Shown here: positions 47,201 to 60,280 of the stretch, piece by piece
Layout: each line of letters opens with the position of its first letter
How positions within the stretch are numbered: the first letter of the stretch is position 1
Assembly: GCA_002269645.1 (NCBI GenBank)
Contig: NIVC01001824.1
Span: 217,621-281,620 of the forward strand
Length of the DNA stretch: 64,000 bases
Origin: Macrostomum lignano
Lineage: Eukaryota
Direction: 5' to 3'
Notes under the pieces: model-generated
What the model saw: the letters and a program-made list of their open reading frames with translations, nothing else
The model's database searches: none
What the model was told of the DNA's origin: nothing
Made by a program: the position numbers and the translations under genes

Positions 47201-47970
47201 ATTCAGCCCAGCTATTCACTTTCGAAAAGAAAAAATCCCAAAGATCCTTTCCCACCACAACCAAGGTGCACGAAGGCAGCCTGACATTCCTATGCGAGTC
47301 CTGCGGGCGCACGTTCCCAACCCAGTACCGGTTGAACCGGCACGCCAGGTCGCACAACCGGGATCGCCAGCTGGACTGTCCGCAGTGCGGCCGCCTGTTC
47401 CACCGGGCCGACAAGCTAAAACTGCATCTGGAGTGCGTGCACTCCGACCGGCGGCCTCACCTGTGCCACCTGTGCGGCCGGGCTTATAACAGGCGCGACA
47501 AACTGGCTCTGCATATTAAACAGCATCAAAGAAAGGAAGAACAGCAACAGCAGAAGCAGCAACAACAGCAAGAGCAGCAGCAAAAGCAATCGAAGCCATG
47601 TAAAGTCGGTCGGCGACCGCGTAAAAAAGCGACCGTTGCGACAGAAGGCCCTCGTACGGAAGAGCCTACGCCTACGCCTACGCCGCCCACACAGCCGCAT
47701 GTTCCGCCGCCGCCGTCGTCTCTTCCGACAACGCATTGCCCGAATTCTCCTCTAGGAGACGCTCTGATTAGCATAGCCAACGGCTGTCTGCACGATGACG
47801 TCATATCGGACGGATTTCTTCTGCAGCAGCAGCAGCAACAGCAACAACAACATCAGCAGCAGATCATTTTCTTAGAATCATTCGACCAGCCGGAGCAGCA
47901 ACACTTGGCACTCTATTCTCCCCTATCTGGCGCTTTCTTTGCCGCTAACGATGGCAATCTAATGCAGTGA
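44208..47970 (+). CDS. C2H2 zinc-finger protein, about 614 aa, 10 fingers; exons 44208-44706, 45372-45807, 46695-46899, 47266-47970
   Basis: All junctions are GT-AG and phase-consistent (1, 2, 0). Fingers spanning junctions are restored (CRYCDLK|FAKKTAFARHVAVDH; CEQC..HVAS|VH). Poly-Q C-terminal region. Confidence 0.9.
44770..45330. repeat. 34-bp intronic minisatellite (TCCTCGAGTCACTTGTTTCTCTTCATTCACTCAA)
   Basis: Tandem units. Confidence 0.95.
45880..46665. repeat. 21-bp intronic minisatellite (CCATCCCCAATCGTCCATGAG) with degenerate flanks
   Basis: Tandem units. Confidence 0.92.
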
Positions 47971-49505
47971 TGCTCTTTACTAGCTAGTTTCAAATTCCGC
48001 TAATTGATTGTTAAAGAACTATTCGATTTGGAACATCATTTATTAGCTTTTGTTCTGTGATAATATTGTTTTCAATCTCAACTATCTAGCACGCATATTT
48101 ATATAGTTAGCTATATTGTTAATTTGCTTAGCCTCTAACGGCTCTAATGTACGTGCGTACAATTTGAAATCCAATGACATGTAGAGATTTATTAAAAGCG
48201 TTTAAACATAATTTAAATACTTGAGCAAGTATTTGTGAATCTAGCTCGTACTAATATATAATTTATAGTATAATTTAATTTATAGTACAATAATTTTGAA
48301 TCAACGCGTGTTTGTATGCTAAATAGTTCTCTGTGTTTGTTTCAATAAACAAACAAAATTTCAAGGATCTTCAAAGGATTTGCAGTGTTCTGTTGCTCCA
48401 TGGTTTAACGAATTTAATTTTACGGATTTATGTCAGTTATGCATGAAAATTGTTTTTATCTCTTTATTCTGAATTTTTCAGAAAGCTCCACATTTGACTC
48501 GGAATTCAAAGCCCTAAAGATATTGTGCATTTAGATTGACATGTCAAATTAAAGTACAGACAGCTGTACGCTTGTATGTAGCTAGTAGTTCGAGTTGCAT
48601 GCTGTCGGTTAAGAAATGAATTTGAGAATGTAGTTCGTCTTTGCGTGAAAATACATGCAGCAAATCTTCTAAAGTCTGTCATACATACTGTAAATAAAAG
48701 TTCAACAACACACTAAATCTATTTAAATTTTTAGTCTGCAATAACTTATTACTTCTTATTTATAAAGCCATCACATGTGTGGTAGACCTTTGGTATCGCA
48801 AGCAGCTATCAGTAAATTACAAGTATGTTTTGTTTCAAAACTTGTTCTGTTCGTCGCTTCTAAGAACAAGATAATGTTGCATTTATGATGGATCATTTTG
48901 AAGTCGCAAGTCAAACTGTTACCAAACAAATCACGGCCGGGTGCTATCGATGTATTTTCATGTAGAACTTCAAAATAGGGTATTCTGAGATACTGCACTT
49001 AGTTTGCATGTATAATTGACAAAATAGTAAAAAATGAGAAGAGCACAATTACTTATAAATTCACGGATTGTTTTACATTACCATTCACTAAAATACAGTG
49101 GTCCTTGTTTCATTTACTATTACTCATATGAAGTCAACTGCAGTGTGTATAGATAAGTGCGTAATTATGTACAATAGATAAACAAATCATAAGTTTAAAT
49201 TACTTCTTAAAAGTGAACTGAAGCGTTAAAATTTTCATATCAAAAATATTTCTTAAAACTTCTTAGTTTTAGTTTTTAATTATTTTCTTTTTTCAACTTT
49301 AACAAGACCAATCATAGGATGCCAAGCTGTAACACGCTTCCCTTCTGAATTTAAAAGTAGGTTTTTCAGCGACATAGTAGCTCGTACCATAGTTATCAGG
49401 TTTTCGGGTTCGACAACTGTATTTACTAAACAGTTATTTTCACAGTTTTTATACAAGTATCTTAACTTCTACAGCAGTAATATTTTATAATACGCTAGTA
49501 ATATA

Positions 49506-52500
49506 ATGATCAAGTGGTTTTTTGTACTTGCGGCCCTCCTGCCATTTGCATTTTGCGAAGTTTACTTCAAAGAAGAGTTTCTGGATGGTGAGTTTCGTTT
49601 CGTGTCTATATATATTACAATCTGTCAAAATTTTAGGATGATGAATACCAATGACTAATTTTACAGTGCTGGGCGTTAACTAGTTAATTGTTTAACTAGT
49701 TAATTAACTAGTTAAATTTTTTTAAAAATCGTTAAATTTTCGTTAAATTTTTTATGTATTAACTAGTTAACAAAAATCGTTAATTTATTTCTGAAGTTAA
49801 AGTTAAATGACAAAAGTTAATAATTCCGGGAAATGGAGTTCCCCGGGTTCAAAATCCGCGGGTTTCAACAGCTTGTATGCCATTAAAAAGTAAAATTAAT
49901 ACATACATAAAATAACTTCGCCTTTCTAAGCATTATTTAACGCGTCACAAACTACTATTACATGTATATTATTTCAGTTACAAGTTATAATGTATAGAAT
50001 ATTCGGAAGATTCTGGAATCTTCAACTATTATCTATTGATATTCTACCCAAGGACTACTAGAAGTTATCGTTGTACATAGGGATGTCGATTCCCCGGGGA
50101 ATTTTCTTATCGGGGACCCGGGGAATTTACTGTCATTCCCCGGGGACCCCGGGGAAAAAAATAAGTAAAAAACGGCAGATAACTTAGATCTTTATAAGTC
50201 ACTAAGTGGCATTTTTTAAACTTTGATTAAAGCTTTGGATGGACTACATGTTCAAGGCGCAAGGGTAAAAACTTTAAGCAATGTTTGTTTAAAACTGTAT
50301 TTGACAATATGGCATCACCAAATCGTGCGCGCACCTTTATCAGAAAGGGTCCAGACTCCGGAGGCGGAAAATGCATACTCAGCAGCTGCACTCGTGGGAG
50401 GATAATTAATGAATGAGACTGTTTTTGTAATCGGAATTTTAATTTCTTGCAGATACATGTAAATCACCATTTTGTCCTGTCTAATACGGAGTATTTTGTT
50501 ATTGTATGACACCCCCCTATGTGTCAGTGACTGACGCAGGATATGGCGCTGTGCCTGCGTCAAATGCGTCAAGCCGTCAATGCAGACCAACACAATAGTC
50601 AGTAAGGCTTCTTTTTCCTGATGGGTTTCTACGCTTGTACGTTCAATTTGCTTGATTGAAAGACTCATAGTGAAAAAAAACATTCAAACGGGTCGCTAAT
50701 TTCATAAGACCGAAATTTCACAACGCCGAAAATTCTGCATGCAATACAATCCTTATTGTAAGGTTTTCTACGATGTGAAATTTCGGTCTTATGAAGTTTC
50801 GGTCTTGTGAAGTATGGTGTTTCGGCGTTGTGAAATTTCGGTCTTATGAACCCCCCCCCATTCAAACGTGTGTTGTGTTTGAAGTAATACATTGAAATAA
50901 GCAGTTTTGCGGTAAAAAAGCATAGACAGAGTTTCAATCAGCTTTCTGTGAATGATTTTCTTATTTGAATGGCAAAAATTTAGTTAAAAATGCTTTTTTT
51001 CTCCCCGGGGTCCCCGGTCTAATTCCCAGGGGAGTATTCCCCGACAAGCTCCCCAGGGCGCCGCGACCTGGCCACAGCCGCGCCGCGCCGACCTGAAATT
51101 TAAAAAACACGCCGAACACATGTCCGGGAAAATGTCACTTTTTCCGTTAGGGAATTATTAACTTTAACTTTTAACTTTTCAGAAGTTAAATTTTGGGCAA
51201 AAGTTAAATAATTAACTAGTTACAGTTAATTTTTTTGGAGCAATTAAATTAACTTTTTAACTTTTAACGAGTTAAAAAAATTGATTAACTTGCCCAGCAC
51301 TGTAATTTTAGGATACTGAATACCAACGGGAGTTAAAGAGACAAATTTAATGAATAGGCTTTTTAAGACTGAAGAAAATGAAAAAAAAATGATTCATCAT
51401 TGAAACAGCACAGCTAATAGCTAGAAGATACTTCAAAAGTTTTTATTGTCAGACTTTTAACATTAATTTTAATGGAGAAAACTCTTTGCTAAAACACACT
51501 TTTTCTTAGACAACTCATTTATCTCTGCATAAAAAATATAATGTGCAATATACAGCTGCAGCAAAAAATTCATTAATGTTAGCATAGTAGTTTCATTACA
51601 TATTTTATGTCTTGTCTTGAATGTAATTTAGGTTTGTTCTTTTATTTCATAAAATTTATCACTGCCTTTTTAGTAAAGTAAATTGAATTGTTTTTATTTC
51701 TTTTAATTTTATTTTCAAGTTTCAAATAAAAAAAACTAATTTTTTAATATTCATTAGATAAATGTGCCTTGGATAAATACATTAACCAGGTTAAAACTTT
51801 AGCTATTTGACTAAACTCAGTGGACTCCACTTTACCCGCAGAGTCATGGCGTGATCGCTGGGTTGAGTCCACCTACAAAGGCGCCGACCAAGGCAAGTGG
51901 GACTGGAGCGCTGGAAAGTTCTACAACGACGCCCAGAAGGACAGGGGCATCAAAACTACCCAGGACGCCAAGTTCTACGACATCAGCGCCAAATTTGACA
52001 AGCCCTTCTCAAACCAGGGCAAACCGCTGGTCATTCAATTTCAGGTTAGCTAGTCCCCATCTGCTAAAACGAGCTTAAATAAAAAGCATCAAACTCGTTA
52101 CTTGCTACTCGTTAGTAGGCGATAGCTTTTACTGTGATTAATATATTTTGAACATAAATTACCTCAGGTGAAACACGAGCAAAACATCGACTGCGGCGGC
52201 GGCTACGTGAAGCTTCTTGGCAGTGACATCGATCAGAAGAACTTCCACGGCGACTCGCCCTACAAAATCATGTTCGGCCCGGATATTTGCGGTCCTGGCA
52301 CTAAGAAGGTGCACGTCATCTTCAACTACAAGGGCAAGAATTTGCTCACCAAGAAGGAGATTCGCTGCAAAGATGACGAGCTGAGCCACCTGTACACCCT
52401 GATTGTGAAGCCTGACAACACGTACGAGGTGCTGATTGACAACGAGCGAGCTGAAGGCGGCGAACTCGAGGCCGACTGGGACTTCCTGCCACCCAAGAAG

Positions 52501-53100
52501 ATCAAGGATCCGGCCGCCAAGAAGCCAGACGACTGGGACGAGCGCGAGAAAATTGACGACCCGAACGACAAGAAGCCGGAGGACTGGGACAAGCCCAAGA
52601 CCATCCCGGATCCCAAGGCCAAGAAGCCCGACGATTGGGACGACGAGATGGACGGAGAATGGGAGCCGCCGATGATTGACAACCCGGACTACAAGGGCGA
52701 ATGGAAGCCCAAGCAGATTGACAACCCGGCCTACAAGGGCAAGTGGATCCACCCGGAGATTGACAACCCGGACTACTCGCCGGACCCCGAGCTGTACAAG
52801 TACACCGACATCGGCGCCATCGGCTTCGACCTGTGGCAGGTGAAGTCCGGCTCCATCTTCGACAACGTCTTCGTTGGCGACGACCCGGCCGAGGCCAGGG
52901 CCTTCGCCGATGAGACCTTCAAGAAGACCGTCGAAGGCGAGAAGAAGATGAAGGAGAAGCAGGACGAGGAGGACAGGAAGAAGGCTGAAGAAGAGGAGAA
53001 GAAGCGCAAAGAGGAGGAGGAAGCCAAAAAGAAGTCGGAAGGCGGCGAGGCCAAGAAGGAGGACGACAGCAAAGCTGGCGATACAAAAGACGAGCTCTAG
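49506..53100 (+). CDS. CALR: Calreticulin, 405 aa; exons 49506-49587, 51842-52044, 52168-53100
   Basis: Signal peptide MIKWFFVLAALLPFAFC-EVYFKEEF, KHEQNIDCGGGYVK, IMFGPDICG, P-domain repeats (KPEDWD, GEWKPKQIDNP), acidic tail and terminal KDEL. Junctions are phase-consistent. Confidence 0.97.
50078..51050. mobile_element. Inner element with CCCCGGGG-rich inverted subterminal repeats
   Basis: CCGGGGACCCCGGGGAAAAAA near 50140-50160 is mirrored at about 50995-51020. The left end is TAGGGATG. The right terminus and TSD were not resolved. Confidence 0.5.
50691..50859. mobile_element. 169-bp innermost MITE with a 31-bp perfect inverted repeat and a 9-bp TSD (MULE- or Merlin-like)
   Basis: TTCATAAGACCGAAATTTCACAACGCCGAAA and its exact reverse complement ending at 50850. 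ATTCAAACG at 50682-50690 and 50860-50868. Confidence 0.8.
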
Positions 53101-54204
53101 AAGCATAAGAACATTGCCGTTAGCGACAACCAAGCCATCGACAGTCATTGTGTAAGCTGTTATGTACTGCCAGTGCCAAGTGCTTTGTAAAATCGGTTAA
53201 GTTCAAAATTGATCTATATCAGTAATCATCATTCGAAATTCTAATTTTACTGTTAATACTAGTAATAAAATATTTAATAATAATAGCCAAGTTTTGAATT
53301 GCCTGCAGCTGTGAGAAGGCCCTAGTCGAAATATTATTACTAATTATTACTTGTTTTGCCTAGCAACTGATATAATTGCCTTATAAGTTATCGTCGTGTT
53401 TAAGGTTCGGCTTTGCGGTCTTCAATCATTGGTAACTTCGTTGTTAGCTAAATAATACTTTTGTTTATTTTCGTATTGGTTTTATATGTTTAATTTTTCT
53501 CCGGCTTTGCATCTCGTGTCGTGTTCTCTGCGCACTATAATTACTTTATAAAATACGTGTTTAGTCACAAGCTGTTAACTTGAAGTTTCTGAGTTCATTT
53601 ATCAAACGCAAAGATAAATTGTGCACACAGGTATTATTATTTTGCTTATCGCTTTTGCACATGAAACAACGTTTATTATAATACTGTTGTCAGTTTCTTG
53701 TGACTAACAACGGATTAAAATTATTGAGAATGAATACAGAAATAATAAATATTAATTCTCTCTGTATCACTATGATGCACAAGAATACGTGACTACGTGA
53801 TCACGTTTGACGTCTATTCTGTCAAAAAAGAATACTTTAAAAGCTAAAGATCAATTTTTTTTGTATTTTGTCTGTAACTTATTTACACGCATGTACTACT
53901 TGTGCATTTAAGTAGTACGAGGTAAAATTAAAATCTTATCAAACAAAGGGGGGATTATATAATATTGTTATAAATTTTCGTCACCACCAAGGAGTGCTTG
54001 AGTGCAGCAGTCGGAACCCCCATTATTGCTCTAGATTGGTTCCATCATTTGTATGCCCAAATATATATATTGGTGCGTTGAGTGCCTCGTTTGAGTTCAG
54101 TGTCTCGACTAATTCTCGGATTCTATAGTTCGTTTAGAGAGTGCATGGTCTAGTTTTGTTTCAGATCGAGCGTCTAGATAGTTTGTTTTCAGAGTGTCTA
54201 TTTT

Positions 54205-55495
54205 GGTTCCAGGGAGCTTGGATTGGTTCCAACGAATATAGATTGGTTCCAAAGAGTAGTCTAGATTGGTTGCAGAGTATCTAGATTGGTTGCAGAGTAT
54301 CTAGATTGGTTTGATGGAGTCTAGATTAGTTCCAAAGTCTCTATTTTGGTTTCAGGGAATCTCGAGATTGGTTCTAGAGTGTCTAGATTGGTTCCGAGGA
54401 GTCTATGTTGGTTCCAGGGAGTTTAGATTGGTTCCAAGGAGTCTATGTTGGTTCCAGGAAGTTTAGATTGGTTCCAGAGTGTCTAGATTGGTTCCGAGGA
54501 GTCTATGTTGGTTCCAGGAAGTTCAGATTGGTTCCAAGTAGTTATGTTGGTTCCAGGAAGTTTAGATTGGTTCCAGAGTGTCTAAATTGGTTCCAAGGAG
54601 TCTATGTTGGTTCCAGGAAGTTTAGATTGGTTCCTAGGAGTCTATGTTGGTTCCAGGAAGTTTAGATTGGTTCCAGAGTGTCTAGATTGGTTCCAGAGTG
54701 TCTAGATTGGTTCCAAGGAGTCTATGTTGGTTCCAGGAAGTTCAGATTGGTTCCAAGTAGTTATGTTGGTTCCAGGAAGTTTAGATTGGTTCCAGAGTGT
54801 CTAGATTGGTTCCAAGGAGTCTATGTTGGTTCCAGGAAGTTTAGATTGGTTCCAAGGAGTCTATGTTGGTTCCAGGAAGTTTAGATTGGTTCCAAGGAGT
54901 CTATGTTGGTTCCAGGAAGTTTAGATTGGTTCCAAGGAGTCTATGTTGGTTCCAGGAAGTTTAGATTGGTTCCAAGGAGTCTATGTTGGTTCCAGGAAGT
55001 TTAGATTGGTTCCAAGGAGTCTATGTTGGTTCCAGGAAGTTTAGATTGGTTCCAGAGTGTTTAGATTGGTTCCTAGGAGTCTATGTTGGTTCCAGGAAGT
55101 TTAGATTGGTTCCAGAGTGTTTAGATTGGTTCCAAGGAGTCTATGTTGGTTCCAGGAAGTTTAGATTGGTTCCAAGGAGTCTATGTTGGTTCCAGGAAGT
55201 TTAGATTGGTTCCAGAGTGTTTAGATTGGTTCCAAGGAGTCTATGTTGGTTCCAGGAAGTTTAGATTGGTTCCAGAGTGTTTAGATTGGTTCCAAGGAGT
55301 CTATGTTGGTTCCAGGAAGTTTAGGCTGGTTCCATGGAGTCTGGATTGGTTCCAAAGCATCTAGATTGGTTCCTAGAGAGTCTAAATTGGTTCCGGAGAG
55401 TTTAGATTGGTTCCCAGACAGTCTAGATTGGTTCCAAAGAATCTACGAGTACGAGCTATAGATTGGTTCCCAGCGAGTCTAGATTGGTTCCAGGG
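54205..55495. repeat. Minisatellite of about 20 bp with a TTGGTTCC core and 40/60-bp higher-order units
   Basis: Variants TAGATTGGTTCCAGAGTGTY, TAGATTGGTTCCAAGGAGTC and TATGTTGGTTCCAGGAAGTT. Confidence 0.95.
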
Positions 55496-55830
55496 TTGTC
55501 TAAATTAATTCCAGCTTCTCCGGATTGATGATATTATTTCTAAAAGCTTTCTCAAAAGGCTCTAACATTGCGGCCTCAAGGATTCAGGGATTCCAGATTC
55601 TTATTGGGTTCTTTGAAGGTTCCAGAGTGAGTTAAATCACGACGTTTAATTTTGTGGAGGATTCCAGTCAATCAAAACGGTTCCAGAGTTTGTCGATAGA
55701 AATTGATTTCAGAGATTTATAATCTTCAGCAACATAAGATCTGCATTCTGTAGGTATGTGTGAAGATTATTTCAAAGGCAGTGTTGTCTACATATTCGCC
55801 ACTGCTTACAACTGCAGCATCGGCCAGGCA

Positions 55831-57285
55831 TCAGAAGTTTTCAAATCGAATCGATCGACTATTTGCCTGCGGCAGAATGTGCAGCACAATGAGCACGCTC
55901 AGCACTGTGCTCAACAGGTAGAACTCGAACAAAAATCTGTCGATCACCTCGGATAAGTAGGTCCACTTCTGCTGCTCGCATTTGTTCCGCTGCTCTCGCC
56001 TGTTGCACACCGTTGCCGCCGACTCCGGCTCGTTGATCTCATCGGTCTCGGAGACTTCCAAGTCATCATCGTAGTCGCTGCTGCTGCTGCCGCTGCCATC
56101 CATCGGTGTCGTCAGGGGAGTCTTCTTGCTGGCGTCGTCAATATCGGACTGTCCTTCGTTCCTTCGTCGTCGTTGAAGTCTCAGCGCTGGTGGACTCGGC
56201 TGAGCAGCCACTTTCGGGCGGAAGCTGAAGGTGAGGGGACCGAGCAGGCGGCTGCCCAGCAGCCACAGCCAGGCTGGGACGCGCGGACAAGGGTCGTGGT
56301 GGCCTCTGCCGTGCACGTGGAGAACCAGAGTAGCCAGGATGAGCGACAGCGAGTTCAACGTCATCACCATGTTGAGGAAGATGCCAATCAACGGTGTGGA
56401 GTTCGATTCCGGCGTGTTTTCGGCGATCAACAGCTCGAGGAAGTAGAGAAACAAGAAAACGTTCAGGCCGATTTCAACTTTCTCGGCAATGTGACACGGC
56501 AGCCAGAAGCTGAACATGGTGAGGACGCACAGCATGATGCTGGGAGCGATGACCGTGTATGAATAATACAGAGCCTTGCGCTGGATGTGCAGCTTGAGCG
56601 ACAGCACTGGATAAGTCAAATTGTTGAGCATCTCTCGACGACTTCGGCTGATTTTTATGCCGGCGAGTTTCAGCTCCTGGTGCTCCTGCAGCTTGGAGAT
56701 GTCCACTCCGCTCTGGCCGTCTGGCAGGCTCAATTCCAACTGCGACGCGTCGTAAGTCCACGAGGCGAACAGCACCTCGCAGAACTGATGATCGAATGGA
56801 AAGTACAGCACGTCGACACTGCAGGAGCTGCGAACTGTGGTCGGGATGGTCCAGAGCACCCGGCCGGAGTGGTGCACGCTCACCCGACTGTTGTTGTCGT
56901 GCACAAAGCCCTCGTTGCCATCCGCGGCGTTGTTGTAAACGTAGATGTCGGGCAGCCAGATGCTGGTGGCTGGCAGCACGGTGTCCCGAATTTCTGCAAA
57001 GTCAGCCGGCCGCCAGACCAGACGCTCGTCAACCCAGGACTCCATGACAACGGCATTTAAATGCAGGATCTGATTCTTCTCGTCCAGATCCATCAGGCGG
57101 CTGATCTGTACACTGAAGGTGACGCCTAGGACGGCGCTGGCAGACAGAACTGGCCGGGTGTTGGCATCGTATTCAAGCATCAGACTACGGTGCAGCCGGT
57201 CCTGTGGTGGCTCCAAAGCAGCAACAACCAGCGTGAGCTCCACTAGCAGCAACAATAGTAGCAACGCCAAGCAGTTGAGCAGCAT
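55831..57285 (-). CDS. Intronless Cys-loop ligand-gated ion channel, nicotinic acetylcholine receptor-like non-alpha subunit (484 aa)
   Basis: Signal peptide, YDANTRPV, WLPDIYVYNN, Cys-loop CSVDVLYFPFDHQFC, SWTYD, and four TM segments with a long M3-M4 loop. No vicinal Cys in loop C. Confidence 0.93.
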   Translation of the reverse strand: MLLNCLALLLLLLLVELTLVVAALEPPQDRLHRSLMLEYDANTRPVLSASAVLGVTFSVQISRLMDLDEKNQILHLNAVVMESWVDERLVWRPADFAEIRDTVLPATSIWLPDIYVYNNAADGNEGFVHDNNSRVSVHHSGRVLWTIPTTVRSSCSVDVLYFPFDHQFCEVLFASWTYDASQLELSLPDGQSGVDISKLQEHQELKLAGIKISRSRREMLNNLTYPVLSLKLHIQRKALYYSYTVIAPSIMLCVLTMFSFWLPCHIAEKVEIGLNVFLFLYFLELLIAENTPESNSTPLIGIFLNMVMTLNSLSLILATLVLHVHGRGHHDPCPRVPAWLWLLGSRLLGPLTFSFRPKVAAQPSPPALRLQRRRRNEGQSDIDDASKKTPLTTPMDGSGSSSSDYDDDLEVSETDEINEPESAATVCNRREQRNKCEQQKWTYLSEVIDRFLFEFYLLSTVLSVLIVLHILPQANSRSIRFENF

Positions 57286-58155
57286 TTTTGTTTCAATGCG
57301 AGAGGCCTTGGCAATAAGCAGAGCTTCAGCTTTAGCTTTTATTTATCGTCTATTGAAGATCGAAACCAACGAAGCGAGAGCGGCCGCGGCAATCAAATTT
57401 ACAGCCTCGGGGAGGGAGCTGTGGACGGTCGAGACCGGACTGGTTTAGGGGAGAGCCGAATTTTATGAGGGGGGGGGGGAAGAGGGAAGAGAATTGAAGA
57501 CCACGAGTATAGCTACGCTAGAGCTAGGGAGAGAGAGAGCGCGAGGACTGGCTTGGGGGGGGGGGCAACACTGCGATGCCGGGCAAGAAAACGAGGTAAA
57601 GGGTTCTTCTGGGCTGAGGGAGAGAGGGTTGATTGACGTGTTTTGCTTTATCCTTACCGCTACTGCTGCTGCTGCTGAAGAACTGAAGAAGGGCTTCCTT
57701 CTTCCTCTTTTACTTCTTCAATTCTGGTTAAAAGGCGCAGTGGAGAAGACGTTGCTTCCCCCCCCCCCGATGGAGGTTAACGAACAGAAATCGAAAAGTG
57801 CAAAATCGTGTTTATTGCTCTGAATGCCAGATGCTGGCGGCTCCAATCGATCACTTCAGTTAAATTCGGGCGCGCTTGAGCCTTTGGTGGCTCAGTAAAA
57901 ATGCTTCAAGTGGCCATCAGTGCAGTGTAAAGTCCTCTGGTCTCTATCGTTTGAGAGGAGGCCTTAGAAAGCTTAAAGGCTTGCTAAAAGAGTTTAAGGG
58001 CTTGGCCTAGTCAGTTTATATACACCGAGGCGGGCAGGCTTACTAACATTACTTTGCTATACATGCTAGCTCGTAGGCTGTAGGCTAAGGCTTTAGGTAC
58101 ACTATCGGATTACCTGCTGAGCTGTCGTGCCATACGAGTATTGAACGACTACGAC

Positions 58156-58690
<535 letters not shown>

Positions 58691-59164
58691 AAGTACTCTT
58701 CTCATGGACAGAGGGTGAGAGAGATTATAGTAGAGAATTCATGAATAGATAAAAGCGAGTGGGTAAAAAAGATATTATGGAGTGAGAGAAACAGAATCAT
58801 AAAGAGAAAGAAAGACATAGAGAGAGAGAGACGTAGAGAGTCATAGAGACAAGGGGAGAGTCATAGAGAGGGAGTCATAAAGAGGGGAGAGTCATAGAGA
58901 GCGGTGTTGCGGAAAAGCGATCTCAGTGTACTTCTTTACTATACGTTCATCCATAACAATTGCTATTGATCAGCTCTCCCTCTCTCCCTCTCAAATGTAC
59001 GAATGTACTTTGCTGCGTTAGCCCGCCTCTATGTGTACATTTAACCTTCAACTTAGCTACTCATACAAATATCGCGGTCGGTGGCTTGGAGTGAAGTCAC
59101 GTTTTTGTTTTCTTCGCATATCTTAAAGTTTGCAAACCACGAGTGATTCAGCAAATTCTCTACA

Positions 59165-60280
59165 GGGGGAGAGTCATAGAGAGGGGGAGAGTCATAGAGA
59201 GGGGGAGAGTCATAGAGAGGCGGAGAGTCATAGAGAAGGGGAGAGTCATAGAGAGAGGAGAGTCATAGAGAGGCGGAGAGTCATAGAGAGGGGGAGAGTC
59301 ATGAGAGGGGGAGAGTCATAGAGAGGGGGAGAGTCATAGAGAGGGAGAGAGTCATGAGAGGGGGACAGTCATAGAAAGGGGGAGAGTCATGAGAGGGGGA
59401 GAGTCATAGAGAGGCGGAGAGTCATGAGAGGGGGAGAGTCATGAGAGGGGGAGAGTCATAGAGAGGCGGAGAGTCATAAAGAGGGGGAGAGTCATGAGAG
59501 GGGGAGAGTCATGAGAGGGAGAGAGTCATAGAGAGGGAGAGAGTCATAGAGAGGGGAGAGTCATAGAGAGGGGGAGAGTCATAGAGAGGGGAGAGTCATA
59601 GAGAGGGCGAGAGTCATAGAGAGGGGGAGAGTCATAGAGAGGGAGAGAGTCATAGAGAGGGGGAGAGTCATAGAGAGGGGGAGAGTCATAGAGAGGGGGA
59701 GAGTCATAGAGAGGGGAGAGTCATAGAGAGGGCGAGAGTCATAGAGAGGGGGAGAGTCATAGAGAGGGGGAGAGTCATAGAGAGGGGGAGAGTCATAGAG
59801 AGGGGGAGAGTCATAGAGAGGGAGAGAGTCATAGAGAGGGGGAGAGTCATAGAGAGGGGGAGAGTCATAGAGAGGGGGAGAGTCATAGAGAGGGGGAGAG
59901 TCATAGAGAGGGGAGAGTCATAGAGAGGGGGAGAGTCATAGAGAGGGGAGAGTCATAGAGAGGGAGAGAGTCATAGAGAGGGGGAGAGTCATAGAGAGGG
60001 GAGAGTCATAGAGAGGGGGAGAGTCATAGAGAGGGGAGAGTCATAGAGAGGGCGAGAGTCATAGAGAGGGGGAGAGTCATAGAGAGGGGAGAGTCATAGA
60101 GAGGGGAGAGTCATAGAGAGGGGGAGAGTCATAGAGAGGGAGAGAGTCATAGAGAGGGGGAGAGTCATAGAGAGGGGAGAGTCATAGAGAGGGGGAGAGT
60201 CATAGAGAGGGGGAGAGTCATAGAGAGGGGCGGGTCATAGAGAGGGGGAGAGTCATAGAGAGGAGGAGAGTCATAGAGGG
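59165..60280. repeat. 19-20-bp polypurine minisatellite (GAGAGTCATAGAGAGGGG[G])
   Basis: Tandem units. Earlier partial copies lie at about 58835-58900. Confidence 0.95.

Larger units (their letters stand above)
49664..51302. mobile_element. hAT-like non-autonomous element in calreticulin intron 1 (outer element of a nest)
   Basis: Termini CAGTGCTGGGC ... GCCCAGCACTG, long AT-rich subterminal inverted repeats, and an exact 8-bp TSD TAATTTTA at 49656-49663 and 51303-51310. Confidence 0.85.

Noticed and set aside
52159-53148. 329-aa minus-strand ORF
   Set aside because: Antisense shadow of the GC3-rich calreticulin exon 3.
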